DNA from: the human T2T-CHM13v2.0 reference genome, Homo sapiens
Assembly: GCF_009914755.1 (NCBI RefSeq)
Contig: NC_060937.1
Strand: one strand, 5' to 3'
DNA: 64,000 nucleotides
Both the position numbers and the translations under genes were made by a program. Below, piece after piece: positions 12,745 through 25,235 of the stretch (position 1 is its first letter; the number at the start of each line of letters is the position of its first letter). Below the pieces are notes generated by a model, which was not told the origin of the DNA, did no database searches, and saw only the letters and a list, made by a program, of their open reading frames with translations.

Positions 12745-12786
<42 letters not shown>
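12578..12786. repeat. (TA)n microsatellite with four CACGTG interruptions
   Basis: Read directly. CACGTG at 12627, 12661, 12685 and 12709. Confidence 0.98.
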
Positions 12787-12789
<3 letters not shown>

Positions 12790-12914
12790 CCATCTTTTCT
12801 TTACCCATTCATCTGTGATGGACATTTGGGTTGTTTCCATATCTTGGTTATTGTGAATAATGCTGCAGTGAATATGACAGTGCAGATATGTCTTCAAGAT
12901 CCTGATTTCAGTTG

Positions 12915-12915
<1 letters not shown>

Positions 12916-12946
<31 letters not shown>

Positions 12947-12947
12947 C

Positions 12948-12990
<43 letters not shown>
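12916..12990. repeat. Compound STR (CA)n followed by (TCTA)n
   Basis: Read directly: ~14 CA units, then ~10 TCTA units. Confidence 0.97.
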
Positions 12991-12992
<2 letters not shown>

Positions 12993-15900
12993 ATCTCCAG
13001 AAGTTGGACTGCTGTATCATATGGTAATTCTATTTTTAGTTTTTTGAGAAACTGCCATACTGTTTTCCATAGCAGCAGTACAATTTTACATCCTATTAAC
13101 AGTATATGAGGATTCTAATTTCTCCACAACCTCACCAACACTTATTATCTTTTGTTTTCTGGACAATAGCCATTCTAACCAATGTGAGTTGATACCTGTT
13201 TGTGGTTTCAATTTGCATTTCCCTGGTGATTAATGATATTGAGCATGTTTTTATATTATCTGTTGGCATTTGTATGTCCTTTTGGGGGACATGTCTACTT
13301 GATTCCTTTTCCAATGTTCTAACCAAATTACTTATTTTTTGCTCTCGAGTTGCAGAAATCCTTTATATAGTTTGGATATTAACCCTTTATCAGATATATG
13401 GTTTGCAAATATCTTTTCCCATTCCATAGTTTGCCTTTTCACTCTGTTGATTATTTTCTTTGCTGTGCAGAAGTTTTAAAAAATTTGTTATAGTCTCACT
13501 ACTATTTTTGCTATTGTTGCCTGTTCTTTTGGTGTCCTATCAAAGAAACAATTTTTGTCAAAACCCATGTTGAGACATTTTTTCCTTACATTTTCTTCTA
13601 GGTGTTGTATGGTGCCAAATTTTACATCAAATCTTTAATCAATTTTGGTTAATTTTTGTGTTTGGTAAAAGATAAGCATCCCATTTCATTCTTCTGCAGA
13701 TGGATATCCAGTTTTGCCAACCCTATTTATTGAAAGACTACCCCTTCCCCCTTGTATTCTTGGCACTCTGTAGAAAATCAGTTGACCATACATATGTGGG
13801 CTTATTTCTGGGGTCTCTATTTTGTTTCACTGTTCTATGCTTTTATGCCCGTGCCATACTGTTTTGGTTACAGTAGCTTTGTAATACATATTGAAGTCAG
13901 GAAGTGCAATGCCTCCAGCTTTGTTCTTTTTGCTCAAGATTTCTTTGGATGTTTGGGGTCTTTCGGAGTTCCATATGAATTTTAGAGCTTTTTTTTTCTA
14001 CTTCTGTAATAAACATCTTTGAGATTTTGACAGGGGTTTCATTGAATCTATAGATTATTTTGAGTCATATGGATGTTTTAACAATATTGATTCATCCAAT
14101 CTATGAACACAGGATGTCTTTCTATTTATTTGTGCCTACTTTAACTTCTTTAATCAATGTTTTATAGTTTTCAGTGTACAAATCTTTCACCTCCATGGTT
14201 AGATGTATTCCAAAGTATTTTACTATGTTTGATGATATTGCAAATGGGATTGTCTTAATTTCCTTTTCATATAGGTCATTGTTGATAGTTACATTACTTT
14301 TTGGTATTGTGTTGTGTATTTATTAGTGCAACTTCTTATTAGTTGTCTTGTTAATATCTGTAGCCCAGCACCTAAAACAATGCCTGGTACATGATAGGCT
14401 CTTGATAAATAGTTGATGATTCATTAAGAAAATTAATACCTGCTGATTTATAAGGGGAAGAAATATGGTAATTTAATCCATGACCTTTATAGCAAAGAAA
14501 GTCATGAAAAATGAGATAGATAATGAGGTTTAAGTACAGGAAAAGTGGTTCAAGAGGCTGAATTTTGGAACTGTGAGTTGAAATGTATTTTAGAATGAGT
14601 TAGAAGTAAAAGACCTGTAGATTAGAGTCCTTGATTGTCAAGAGTAAAGGGATCACATTCAAGGCTTGATAAGGATTGGTCCAGCTACATTTTTTTTCTT
14701 GAAACATTGAAATTTATTTTTTTCCATATGAAAATCCATTATTTTCTGTGCATCCTGAGGCACAAATAAAAAGGTGTATCTTTTATAATTTTGTTGAAAT
14801 TTGAAAATACTATCTTTGGGGTTTTCTAATTTCTTGCGCAATTGTTTTTCCAAAAGTTAAGTGGGAAAAAGGGATTTAAGGAGGGAGGGAGAGAGAAAAG
14901 GAGGGAGGGAGAGAAGGAGAGATGGATTTTGCTTTTCTTCTTTGATCAGCAGAAAAAAATGTGACTGCTAGCAACAGCTTTTGGAGAGGGGAACAGGAAT
15001 CTAGATGTGCAGAAGCCAGGAGGGCATATGTGGAAATAAATATCTTTCCTGCGAGTGTGGCAGAGAGGTGGGTATGATTGTTGTCCAAAAAATACTAGTA
15101 AGCAAGTGGCAGAGAAGCTGATAAACTGACTCAGCACACTCTGAGGTTTGGAATTGTTCTTTTAGAGAACTGATAACGGGAGGTGTTATAATAGCAGAGA
15201 AGGGGAAAAAATGACCTATGTATATATTTTTTACTCTCCAAGGATTTTGGTTATGTTTCTTTCTTTAATCATATTTATTTCATAGTAAAATAAAGTTATT
15301 TTATCATAAGATAATGTAGACCTAGAAATGGATGTAAATGCCAATTAGAACTGTTGATAAGGAATGAAAATATATTAAAGGCTTTGACATGAACACTTTT
15401 TAGGTTTAATTATTTTTAAATTAGTAAATAGAGAATCCGTGGACATGAGGGCCCTTCCTCTGGCTTGTGCCACACTTCAGAAACATGTCTCAGTTGATTT
15501 CATCATGTGGAAAAAAATGGGTTAGATTAAAAAAAAATTAGGTGAAAGAGTAAATAGTTGGGAGATTTAAATGAAAAATTATGAGTTGAAAGTAAGAAGT
15601 GAAAATCCATGTACTGCGTCTTGCCATAATTAGAATCTGGGTGCGTTTGATGAACTGAAGATTAAATAGTTTCTGGGAACTTTTAAAGCCAGGGGCTTTT
15701 CCATATTCCCAGCATGACTCAGCATGGGAAACTTCCACTCAGTGTAAGCATGCAGGGCATTTTGTGAGCAGAAAAGCCCTGCCAGCTTCTAAGCTTCATG
15801 GGAGAAAACAATAAATATGGAAGCCACCAGCTCTCTGAATTAAAGAGAACAAAAAATGTTCTGAAAAGAAAAGGAAGGGGTAGCTCAGTAAAGAGAACCT

Positions 15901-16107
15901 TATTACTGGGAGCTATTTAGTCATGGCAAAAGTTCTAGATCTTTAAGACAAGAGTTGTTGGTATCGATTATGTGAAAGAATTAGATACAGATATCTAAAA
16001 CTATCTGATATAATTGGAATATAAAACCATTTAAACAATATAATGAGAGGACAAGAGATTTGGAGCCTCAAAGCCTGGGTTTGAGTCCCAGATCTATCAC
16101 TTGCTTG

Positions 16108-18310
16108 TTGTTATTGAAGTATAATATACACACAAAAAGCTGCATAAGTGATGGTGCTGTGGCTTTTCACAAAAGACACATATGCATGTAACCAGCATTC
16201 ACTGAAATTGAGGATCAGGATATTAGCAACATCTCAGAAAGCCCCTTTTCACTCCCTTTTTGTTACTGACCCCCAAGGGTAACCAGTCTCCTGATTCCTG
16301 ATTTCTAACACAGCAGATTCATTTTGACTGATTCATCATAACTTTATATGAATAGAATCATTCAAGACGTACTCATCTGTACTTAGTTCTTTGGCTCAAC
16401 ATTATGTTTGTGATTTATTCCTGTTGCTGTGTCTAGCTGTAATCTGTTAGTTTTCATTGCCAAATTACATTGTTTGGAATAAATAAACATAATTTATACA
16501 AATTACACTTGATGGACATCTGGACTGTTTTTAGGCTTTGGTTATTCTCAGAATAACCAAATACAAGAATGTTGCTAAGAACATTTTGTACATTTCTTTT
16601 TGTGAACATCTTAATGCATTTCTGATAGTCTGCCAGGGCTGCCATAACAAAGTTGCAAAGACTATGTAGTTTAAACCACAGAAATTAATTTTTTCACTGT
16701 TCTAGAGACTGGATGTCCAAGGTTAAGAGGTCAGCAAATTTGGTTTATCCAGAAGCTTCTCTCCTTAGTTGCAGATGCCACCTTCCCATTGTGTCCTCAC
16801 ACCATCTTGCCTCTGTGCTTTGGTGTCTCTTTCTCTTCTTATAATCACATCATTCCTATTGAATTAGGGCTCCATCCTTTTTGCTTCATTTAATCCTGCT
16901 AACCTTCTTGAGGCCCCTGCCACCAAATAAATACAGTCATATTAGTGGTTAGGATTTCAACATATGAATTTTGGTAGGACACAATTCAGTCTATAATGGC
17001 ATTTATGTGGGTTATATTCTTAAGTAATAAATGCTAGGTCATTGCATTTGAGTACATTCAGGTTTAATAGACACTGAGAGTTTTCCAGATTGGTTGAACT
17101 GGTTTGCATTGTTGTTGGAAATGCAAATCAGTTCAACCAATCTGGAAAACTGTCATTGTCTAGGGTTCCAGTTACTTCATAATATTGGTAAATATGGCAT
17201 TGCCTTTCTCATTTTATCCATTCTGGTGTGTATGTACATGGCATATCACTATGATTTAATTAGCATTTCCTTGATGATTACTGAAACTGAATATCTTTCA
17301 TATGTTTATTAGTCACTTGGATATCCTCATTTGTAAAATGTCTGTTCAAAACTTTTGGCTACTTAAAAAATTTAATTGTCTGCCATTTTCTGATTGATTT
17401 GTGGAAGTTCTCATAATCCTGGAAGTAAAATATTCTTTGTTGAATAGATACCTAGCCAATATCTTCTGCTAGTTGATGTATTTCCTTTTCAGTCCTTAGT
17501 CATGTTCTGATTAATATAAGTGATTTTAACAGGGATGTTTAATTTATAACTTTTTCTTTTATGGCTAGTACATTTTTAACCTTATTTAAGTAATCTTTGC
17601 TTGGCTTTAAGTTACGAAGATTTTTTATTTTTTAACAACAGCTTTATTATTTTACTTTTACATTTAGATCTCCCGTACATCTACAACTGATTTTTGTGTA
17701 TTGTGTGAGGCTTGGGAAGGGGTCATGATTCACTTTTTCCATGTACAATTCAGCAGACCCCAAATCATTTATGTAAAAAACCCATCCTTCCTTGCTGCAC
17801 TGCAGTGTCACCTTTGTCATAAATCAGGTGACAGTTCTAATAATCGGTCAGTTTCTGAATGTGCTCTTCTTTTTCACTGGTCTATATTTTTATCCTTGAG
17901 TCTATAGCAAACTTTCTTAAATATAATAGCTTTATATGTGACTGGCTTGACTTCTTGTATTAACAGTAATCTTTGTCCAGGGCTATTCTTGGCCTTTTGC
18001 ATTTTCAAACACGTTTTAAAATTAGCTTATTAATTTCCACAGAAACACCTTCTGGAATTTTGGTTGGGAGGATTACATCAAATTTATAAGTGAGTTTAGG
18101 AAGAACTGATATTTTTAAAATATTGAACCTTCCAATTCATGAACATGGTATATCTCATTATTTAAATCTTTCTCAATTTCTGTCAGTACATTTTGTAGTT
18201 TTCTATGTAGTTGTCTCATACATCTTTCACTAGATTTATTCCTACATATTTTATGATTTTTAAAGTTATTGTAATTTAGCCAAGTGATTTTATTGCCATC
18301 CATAACCTCT
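16108..18310 (-). mobile_element. Old L1 (L1MC/L1ME-like) fragment
   Basis: Antisense L1M 3' end 'ttattgaagtataatatacac', and ORF2-derived 'ttagcatttccttgatgattactgaaactgaatatctttcatatgtttatt' and 'aatattgaaccttccaattcatgaacatgg'. Confidence 0.8.
16623..16997 (-). mobile_element. MaLR solo LTR (MLT1A/B-like) nested in the L1
   Basis: 'gccagggctgccataacaaag...ttctagagactggatgtccaagg...ggatttcaacatatgaattttgg..ggacacaattcag' matches MLT1A hallmarks. Confidence 0.85.
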
Positions 18311-18419
18311 AAGTATGAGTAGTTTTTAAATTTTGAATAATATTGATCCAAAGATAATCTAGCCAAATCATAATGATCAAGCAGTATCTTCACCCATTCC
18401 TTTGCACATTTCTTTATTG

Positions 18420-18564
18420 AATAATCATTTATTGCATTCCTCTTGTATGCTTGGCACAGTGCTAGATGCTAGGCACACAAAATAAGGCACAAAATAATCA
18501 TTTATTGCATGCCTCTTGTATGCTGGCTGGGCACAGTGCTAGATGCTAGGCGCACAAAATAAGG
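18420..18564. repeat. Local tandem duplication of ~68-72 bp (L2 3'-end-derived unit)
   Basis: aataatcatttattgcat..cctcttgtatgc..ggcacagtgctagatgctagg..cacaaaataagg occurs at 18420-18487 and 18493-18564. Confidence 0.95.
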
Positions 18565-19719
18565 TGGTCTTTATTCTAAAGGAGGTAACAGTTCATGGTT
18601 AAACAAACAATAACAATACAGGATGACAAATTGAAGAGGTATGACTAATTAGGAAACCCAGAATGATGCTGAATAATAATCAGAATAATTACAGAAGTCA
18701 TATTAAGGAGTAGCAACAGAAATAGCACAATCACTTCACAAGGGACAATAATAATTGAGCAAAATGAAGGTTAGTGTGAAAGAAAATAATTTGTTAATAT
18801 TCTGTTTAAACTTGTAGCACATAAAGAGAAACTATAAAAACTTCTTACAGAATCATATCACACCAAATTGGTGCTAAATTAAACTCAAGCAAGAAGGTAG
18901 GAGCCTTGGAATACAGTGTGATCTGTGTTGTCTTGATTTAATGGGTTTTTGAGGAGTAGGAGCCATAAACATAAATGCAACAAGTGATCTTCTCCAGGCT
19001 GGGGCCACAGAAGAAAGGGCCTGTTTAAGTCACCAGGAGGAGGAATTTATCTGGAAGCAGTGGGATGGGAACTGAGACGAAACCAGCTCCATTATTTATT
19101 TACAAGGCTGCTTTAGGAAGTATGGATCCTTTTGTTTTCTAGAAGAACTATAAACAAACTTCTTCTCTGTTTATTTGTATAAAGGATACCACTGAATTTT
19201 TGTAAACAAAGTAGACTGTTAGGAATAAAGGATAGTTTGATTTAGGATATGTGTCCATAACATATATTATCTAAGGAGAGTTATGCTGCCTATTGACAGT
19301 GGCAAATTCACGATATTAAAGCAAACGTAAGAATGATGAAAATACAGCAGTGAAAGTGCAAGGGATTGAGAAGTGAGGATTTTGAACTTCTACTAGTTCT
19401 GAAAAGCATGTCTAATTTAAATTAGAAGTAAATGGATGTAGTAGAAATATCTTTCAACTAGGAAAGAGTCTCAGTTTTTACACATTTTAAAGCTATTTAG
19501 CCTCTCTGGTTTTCAGTTTCTCATATAGAATATATTGCTTTCCTTCCATAGCAACTCACCTAATAGTTGCACTCAATAAATATGAGATACATGAATGAAT
19601 ATATAGGAGATAATCAGTGGGAGAGGGTCTTTATTGGGTCTTCTTAGTTTTAATACTCTCTATATTTTCTTTAAACAATCATATATTCTCCTATGGGTTA
19701 CATTTTATTTCTGCTATTG

Positions 19720-20680
19720 ACTCCTAAATTATAAATCCATCTCAGATCATTCCTTGAACTCTAGGTATGTATATCTATTTTCTTTTAACTGGACATCTGC
19801 AATTGGATACTCCAGCTAAAAATTGACATACCTAATGTGAACTCATTGATTTTTATCTTCTTCCCAACTTGCTCTCCTCCTGTGCCCCTAGTTTAGTTAA
19901 CAGCATTCAGCAATGGACCCCTTTGCCCAATATACCATTGATCACAATTTCCCAAAGGGGCTATGTCCTAAATAGCTCTGGGAAGCAACCACTTCTCTCT
20001 CTATTCATACTCCCACAATCCTTGTTTAAGTCATTGCAAAAATGGCCTGCACAACTCTAGCAGCCTTTCAAACTGGTCTCTGACTTTAGAATATTCTCTT
20101 TGAATTGATTGCATTATTTCAGACAGTGATCTTTCTAAAATATAACTCAAATCCCATCACTCTCTGCCTAAAATCATTCAATGATTCCACATTGCCCCAA
20201 GGATAAAGTGCCAACTCCCTAAAGTGGTTTACCATCCTTGTTATACACTCCTGCTTTCCTTTCCAATCTCATTTCTTGAATAAATTCTGTCTTCGGCCAG
20301 ACTGTGCTGCTTTCCTCACCTGGGCTTTATGCTCCACTTTCCTGACCCTGAACATGATGTTCTGCTTGCCTAATTGCTTCCTCCTTCCACCCAGCTCTCA
20401 CCTCCAGCCTCCACATCTTTGCCTCCTCACCTGACAATATTCTCGCCATCTGTATTATTTCAATGTAGAAATCATCTTTGTAAAGATGTCTTTTCCCCGT
20501 GGTTGCTACTACTCCTTTCCTAGCACATTTGTATGCTGTATTATCTGTTAAATGTCTGAGTCCCCCACTAGATGAAAAAACTTTGTGAGTATGTGAATGT
20601 TTACCTGTCTGATTCACGTTCATTGTGTTGTCTAATTGTCTGGCTCAGCATAGATTATTAATAACTATTTATAAAATAAA
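19720..20680 (+). mobile_element. L2 LINE fragment
   Basis: 'gaactctaggtatgtatatcta..actggacatctgcaattggatac', 'cagacagtgatctttctaaaatataactcaaatcccatcactctctgcctaaaa', and 3' 'gtctggctcagcatag'. Confidence 0.75.
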
Positions 20681-21149
20681 TCACTCTGTTGCAATATTAA
20701 AATACTATAATAGAATGTTAAATAAAATTATAAGGCTGAGACAACCGTTTAAATTTGACTGGCGTGGGTTGGGGTATAAAGAAAATGAGAGCCTGGGGCA
20801 CTTCAGAGGCAATTTATGACACATAAAGTACCCTTCCGGGGCACTTTATGATGTCAGAACAAAAAAGTTGTGCTTTTCGTTTGGGATTTTGGGAATGAAC
20901 CAGAGTACAATCCTTTCACTGCTGCTGCTGTCATATAAGCTCTAGGGACAATAAAGAACATTGTGACCTGAAAAAATAGACTTTGGAAAAAGCTCTTAAA
21001 ATCTGGGGTGTTACACAAGAGGATATGACATGTCTTGCCCAGTGAATAAGGCTCTTCAGAAAACTTCTAAAAAGAGGCTGCATCTGCTTTAGTTGCTTAG
21101 AGGAATGCATATTCTCTGAGCACTGTTTTCTCCAAAACATTTTGAGAAA

Positions 21150-21305
21150 TGGGCCTCAGTTTTCTTACTTGTAAAGTGGGTACAGTAGAAAATGTACCTC
21201 GTCATCTTGTACATGAGGATTCAATAAACCAAAGTAAATAAGCTTTTACAATGGCCTGGCACCTAGTAAATACCAGATAAGTGTTTGCTTCCTTTATTAC
21301 CATTG
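21150..21305 (+). mobile_element. MIR SINE
   Basis: MIR core 'gggcctcagttttcttacttgtaaagtggg' and 3' 'gcctggcacctagtaaata'. Confidence 0.75.
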
Positions 21306-24300
21306 TTATCAATTTGACTCTGAGATAAGAGCTAACACATAAAGTGAGAGGCATTGTTGTGGTACATCTGCAGAAGTCATTTGTGTTCTCCAAGTCCTTC
21401 CAGAGTTCCTCTGGGGACGGTGCATGAGAGTCCTGGGGTTGAGTTCCTGCAGTCTGGCCTCAAAATCTGTGGCTCCTGGCTGAGCTTCAGCTAACAGTAT
21501 ATCTGAGTTTTCCTGTCAATCAAGGATATCTTATATGGGACTGAGCAATTTAGATTTGAAATGCTAAATGTGGAACAAATGTTACCACATCAGATAGGAA
21601 TGGAAACTGTTCTTTGTGGAGAGATACCAGGATCTCTCTTCCTTGGGAAGATGAGCTGAGAGAGGAACACAGAGATGTCGCTCTGTGCAGCCACTGGCAC
21701 TGGCCCCTGTGCCACCTTAGTTCTTCAGGGTGAGCTTTAATTGTTGTCCAGTGTCATGAGTTTCAGTCTCTATGCTATTGTGAGAAAATTGTGCTAAAAG
21801 CCGCTGAGAGACCACACAATGACAGCTGGCACACTGATACACTGTGCGGGTTACTGCTAGAGTTCAAGTCTCTCAGGGATGCTCCAGGGCACAAACCCTC
21901 AGCCTCGGGTATTCATCCAGGGAGGTTTGGATCCGATTCGCATAAATCCCAGTGTGGTAGCAAGGAATTTCCTGCCTCCTACTGCTTCAGGACACCTGCT
22001 CAACCCATTTTTAGAAGGCTTTCACAGCCCTTTTGGGGCATTCCCAGGACAGGTGGGCAGGAGGTGGTGGCCGTGGGGGCTGGACATCCATCAGACCTGG
22101 GATGGAGTGGTGCCTCACCTGGATCTGCACATCCCAAAGAGGTACCCAAGGCTGGGCCAAAAGGAAATGAGTGTACGTGGCTTGTACTTTGACCAGTGTC
22201 CTGCTCCTTGCCTTCCTCCCCCTGCACATGGTGTGAAAAGGAGTGGCGTTCTCCCAGACACAGACCAACTTTGGAAATTGGGATTGTGGTACTTTCTGAA
22301 AGTGTGCAGCATTTTAACCTCGAGTGTGTAAGTCTAAGTATTGTAAAACATGTTTTTATATTTTAAAAGCTCTTAAAGGTAATTTTATTTTATTGAACAT
22401 CAGAAACTATCTACATATTCATAAAGAATGCTTGATTAAAAGACAGTATCTCCCAGAGCGCCAGAAATTTTAGTGTAGTTACACTCATTTGGAATCAGCC
22501 TAACACTTACCATATTCATAATTACTAAGAAATTCTAAGGAAAGTGTATGTATGCACATACACATCATATACATATTCAGAATATATGTGTATATAGATT
22601 ATATACCGTAAATATATATGTCTGTTACCTGTCTTTTTTTCTATAAAAAAAAACTTTATTCATGCCTAGTATTAACTCCCAGGCAAAGCATGTATTTAAG
22701 GATTAGGCTAATGTTTAAAGGTTTTCGAGAAGGCTACAACCCTGAAATATTATCTGATTAGAAAATAAAGTTGGTGGTTCTGCAGTTAGCCTTTGGCTTT
22801 ATTTCAGTATTGGTTAGTGTTCTAATGCTTGCTGAGTTTGAAAACTTACGTGAAAGTACATCCCTTATTGATCAGTAAATTTATTTGTATGTTATTGTTG
22901 CAGCTGTTAAATGAGAAATTTAATTTTCTCTCCTTAATTCAGTTTGGCTTTCTGACATGTTGCTCTTCTCTCCTTGAAGCAAGTGCTGTTTGCCCATTTT
23001 CCTTACTCCAGTGCCTGTCACATAAAAGGGCTTAGTACATATTTCCTGAAGTAATGACTTATCAGATGCATGGTCAGTGCCCCTAAATCTTGCTTCTCAG
23101 TGTTAGTTTGGAGCCTGAGAAAGAATGGCAGCTTTGGAAAAGTAAATTTAAAAGTCAGAAATCATTAAAATGCACAAAAATATCCCAAAGTAAGGTTTTC
23201 ATGTGATTCTACCACAGGGCTTATTGATCTTTTCTCATATTTAGGCTTTGTTTCTAGGTGCCCAATAGAAGCTACCAAAACTTTAATGGTTGCTAACTCC
23301 CACTTTTTCATTATACTCTTGCTAAGTTGAAAAGTCCTCTCCTCTTAGAAACAGAAATGACTGTGCTATATATTGGAATTTCCAAAAGCCACCAGACACC
23401 AATGATACACCACAGATGGGTGTCCCTGAGAGTAGAATTAGAACTACTCCCCTCAATGTGGCTGCTGTGTCATCACTAGTGTACTGCAACCCCTGCCAAG
23501 GCAGGACAGGGGGACGATGAATGCCAGCTGGATTCCAGTCCACTCCCCAGACTGAATGATAAGGCTCTACCACCGGGAATGGATCATGTCTGTTCAAAGC
23601 CACAATGGACAGTGTCCTCTTCTGTCATTGCAGCTACACCATCCAAACTCCCCAGATCCCTAAGGAAACTCAGAAGAACATGAGCAGAACATCACAACAA
23701 TGGGTGCACACAACTCTGATAAAACATGTACATTTAAGGGTCTCTATTCTCTCTAATAGGTTAATTCAGGTGACATGATAACAAAACTGCCATCTACAGT
23801 TTGGGACAGGTAGGGATGAAAGAGGATAGTGGAATGGGATCTTTTCAAATTTATCCAGTGGGGTAAATGGAGGATCATTTGTTTCACGGTAGCAACATGA
23901 AGTAACTATAGAAGATTATTTTCAGAGAAAAACAAAACAAAACAAAAGCCACTACTAGTCTGCCTATTATGCCTGAAATGTCATTGTCTATCTATATACT
24001 TGCAAAGGCTATTATCTGCTGAATTTAAGCAGTAAAAACATCAGAAAAACTAAATAATGGTCTATGTATTGGAAATATTTGTAACAGTTTCTTACATTCA
24101 TAACATTAGAGCACAAACATATTCCCCTCTCCTTTTCTTTTTCTCTTTTGAATTTTCAGTAGAAGGGAACGACAATAATAGGTATAACTTTTATTGGATT
24201 ATACTTTAATTTAGATCACTGAATTATGTATACCTATAGCACCCAAAATGCTACTAAAGTCAAGACTCTACATTTAAATAATAAATAAGTAATCCGGTTT

Positions 24301-24994
24301 TACTCACATCCATCTTCCATGATGGTCCAACTAGACACTCCCCATTGTGACTGTTGATGGAAAATTCTTCCATGTTTGGAGAAACCACAGTTACTGATTA
24401 GTTTTAGCTGTAAGAGCTCTTTCCTCCTTCTCATCAAGCCTAGGCAAGGTTCCACAAACAATATTTTTTCCCGTTTGTCTCCACTCAGAAGTTCTTAATC
24501 TCTTCAGGGAACAGGGAAAATGCAGGAGTCCCCTTTGTACATCACTTGAAATAAATAAAAAAATTATCCAAAACTCATATCATTACAGGAGTGACTGTTA
24601 CAAAGAGAAAGAAGCAAATTATGGTGACTAGAAATGACAAGAGCTTGGATTTTTCTTATTTTTCAGCATGAAATTCTGAGCTTACAACCTGCAAAATCCT
24701 ATTATAAAAGTAAGATAACTGCCATATAAAAACTGAAAATCATGCAAATATTTATGTGTGATCCCACTAGTTCACTCCATAATTTTTTGGAGTGTAAAAA
24801 ACATTTATGATTTTAAAAATCACATCCAATAAAAAAAAAACAGAGTCATAAAATAAAAGAAGAGGAACACAGGCTCTGCACTGCACTGAAACATTTTGAA
24901 ATATAAAATGAACAACCAATGCTTTACAGCAAAAATATGATCTCATCAACAAGGTAGGAAAATGAGCAATTGCCTTTTAAAAGGCCATAGGTTA

Positions 24995-25235
24995 CTAGCA
25001 CAGTGGTTGTGAGAATAGATGTTTGAGCCTAACCGTTTGGTTTAAAAATCTGACTTTTCCACAGAGTTCTTAATGTAATATTGGTCAGGTTGCTTCATTT
25101 TCCTTATCTGTTAAATGGTGATACTCATGGTACCTACTTTATCTTGTTATTATGACACTTTGAGGAGTTAATAATGGGAAGTACATAGAAAAGAGCATAG
25201 AATAATGGTGTTTGGTAAGATTAAGTTATTGTTAC
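24995..25235 (+). mobile_element. MIR SINE
   Basis: 'tagcacagtggttgtgag...ttggtcaggttgctt..ttttccttatctgttaaatggtgatactcatggtacctac'. Confidence 0.65.

Noticed and set aside
14870-15150. GA-rich tract followed by unique sequence, possibly a promoter
   Set aside because: No CpG island or convincing core motifs, so it cannot be supported from sequence alone.
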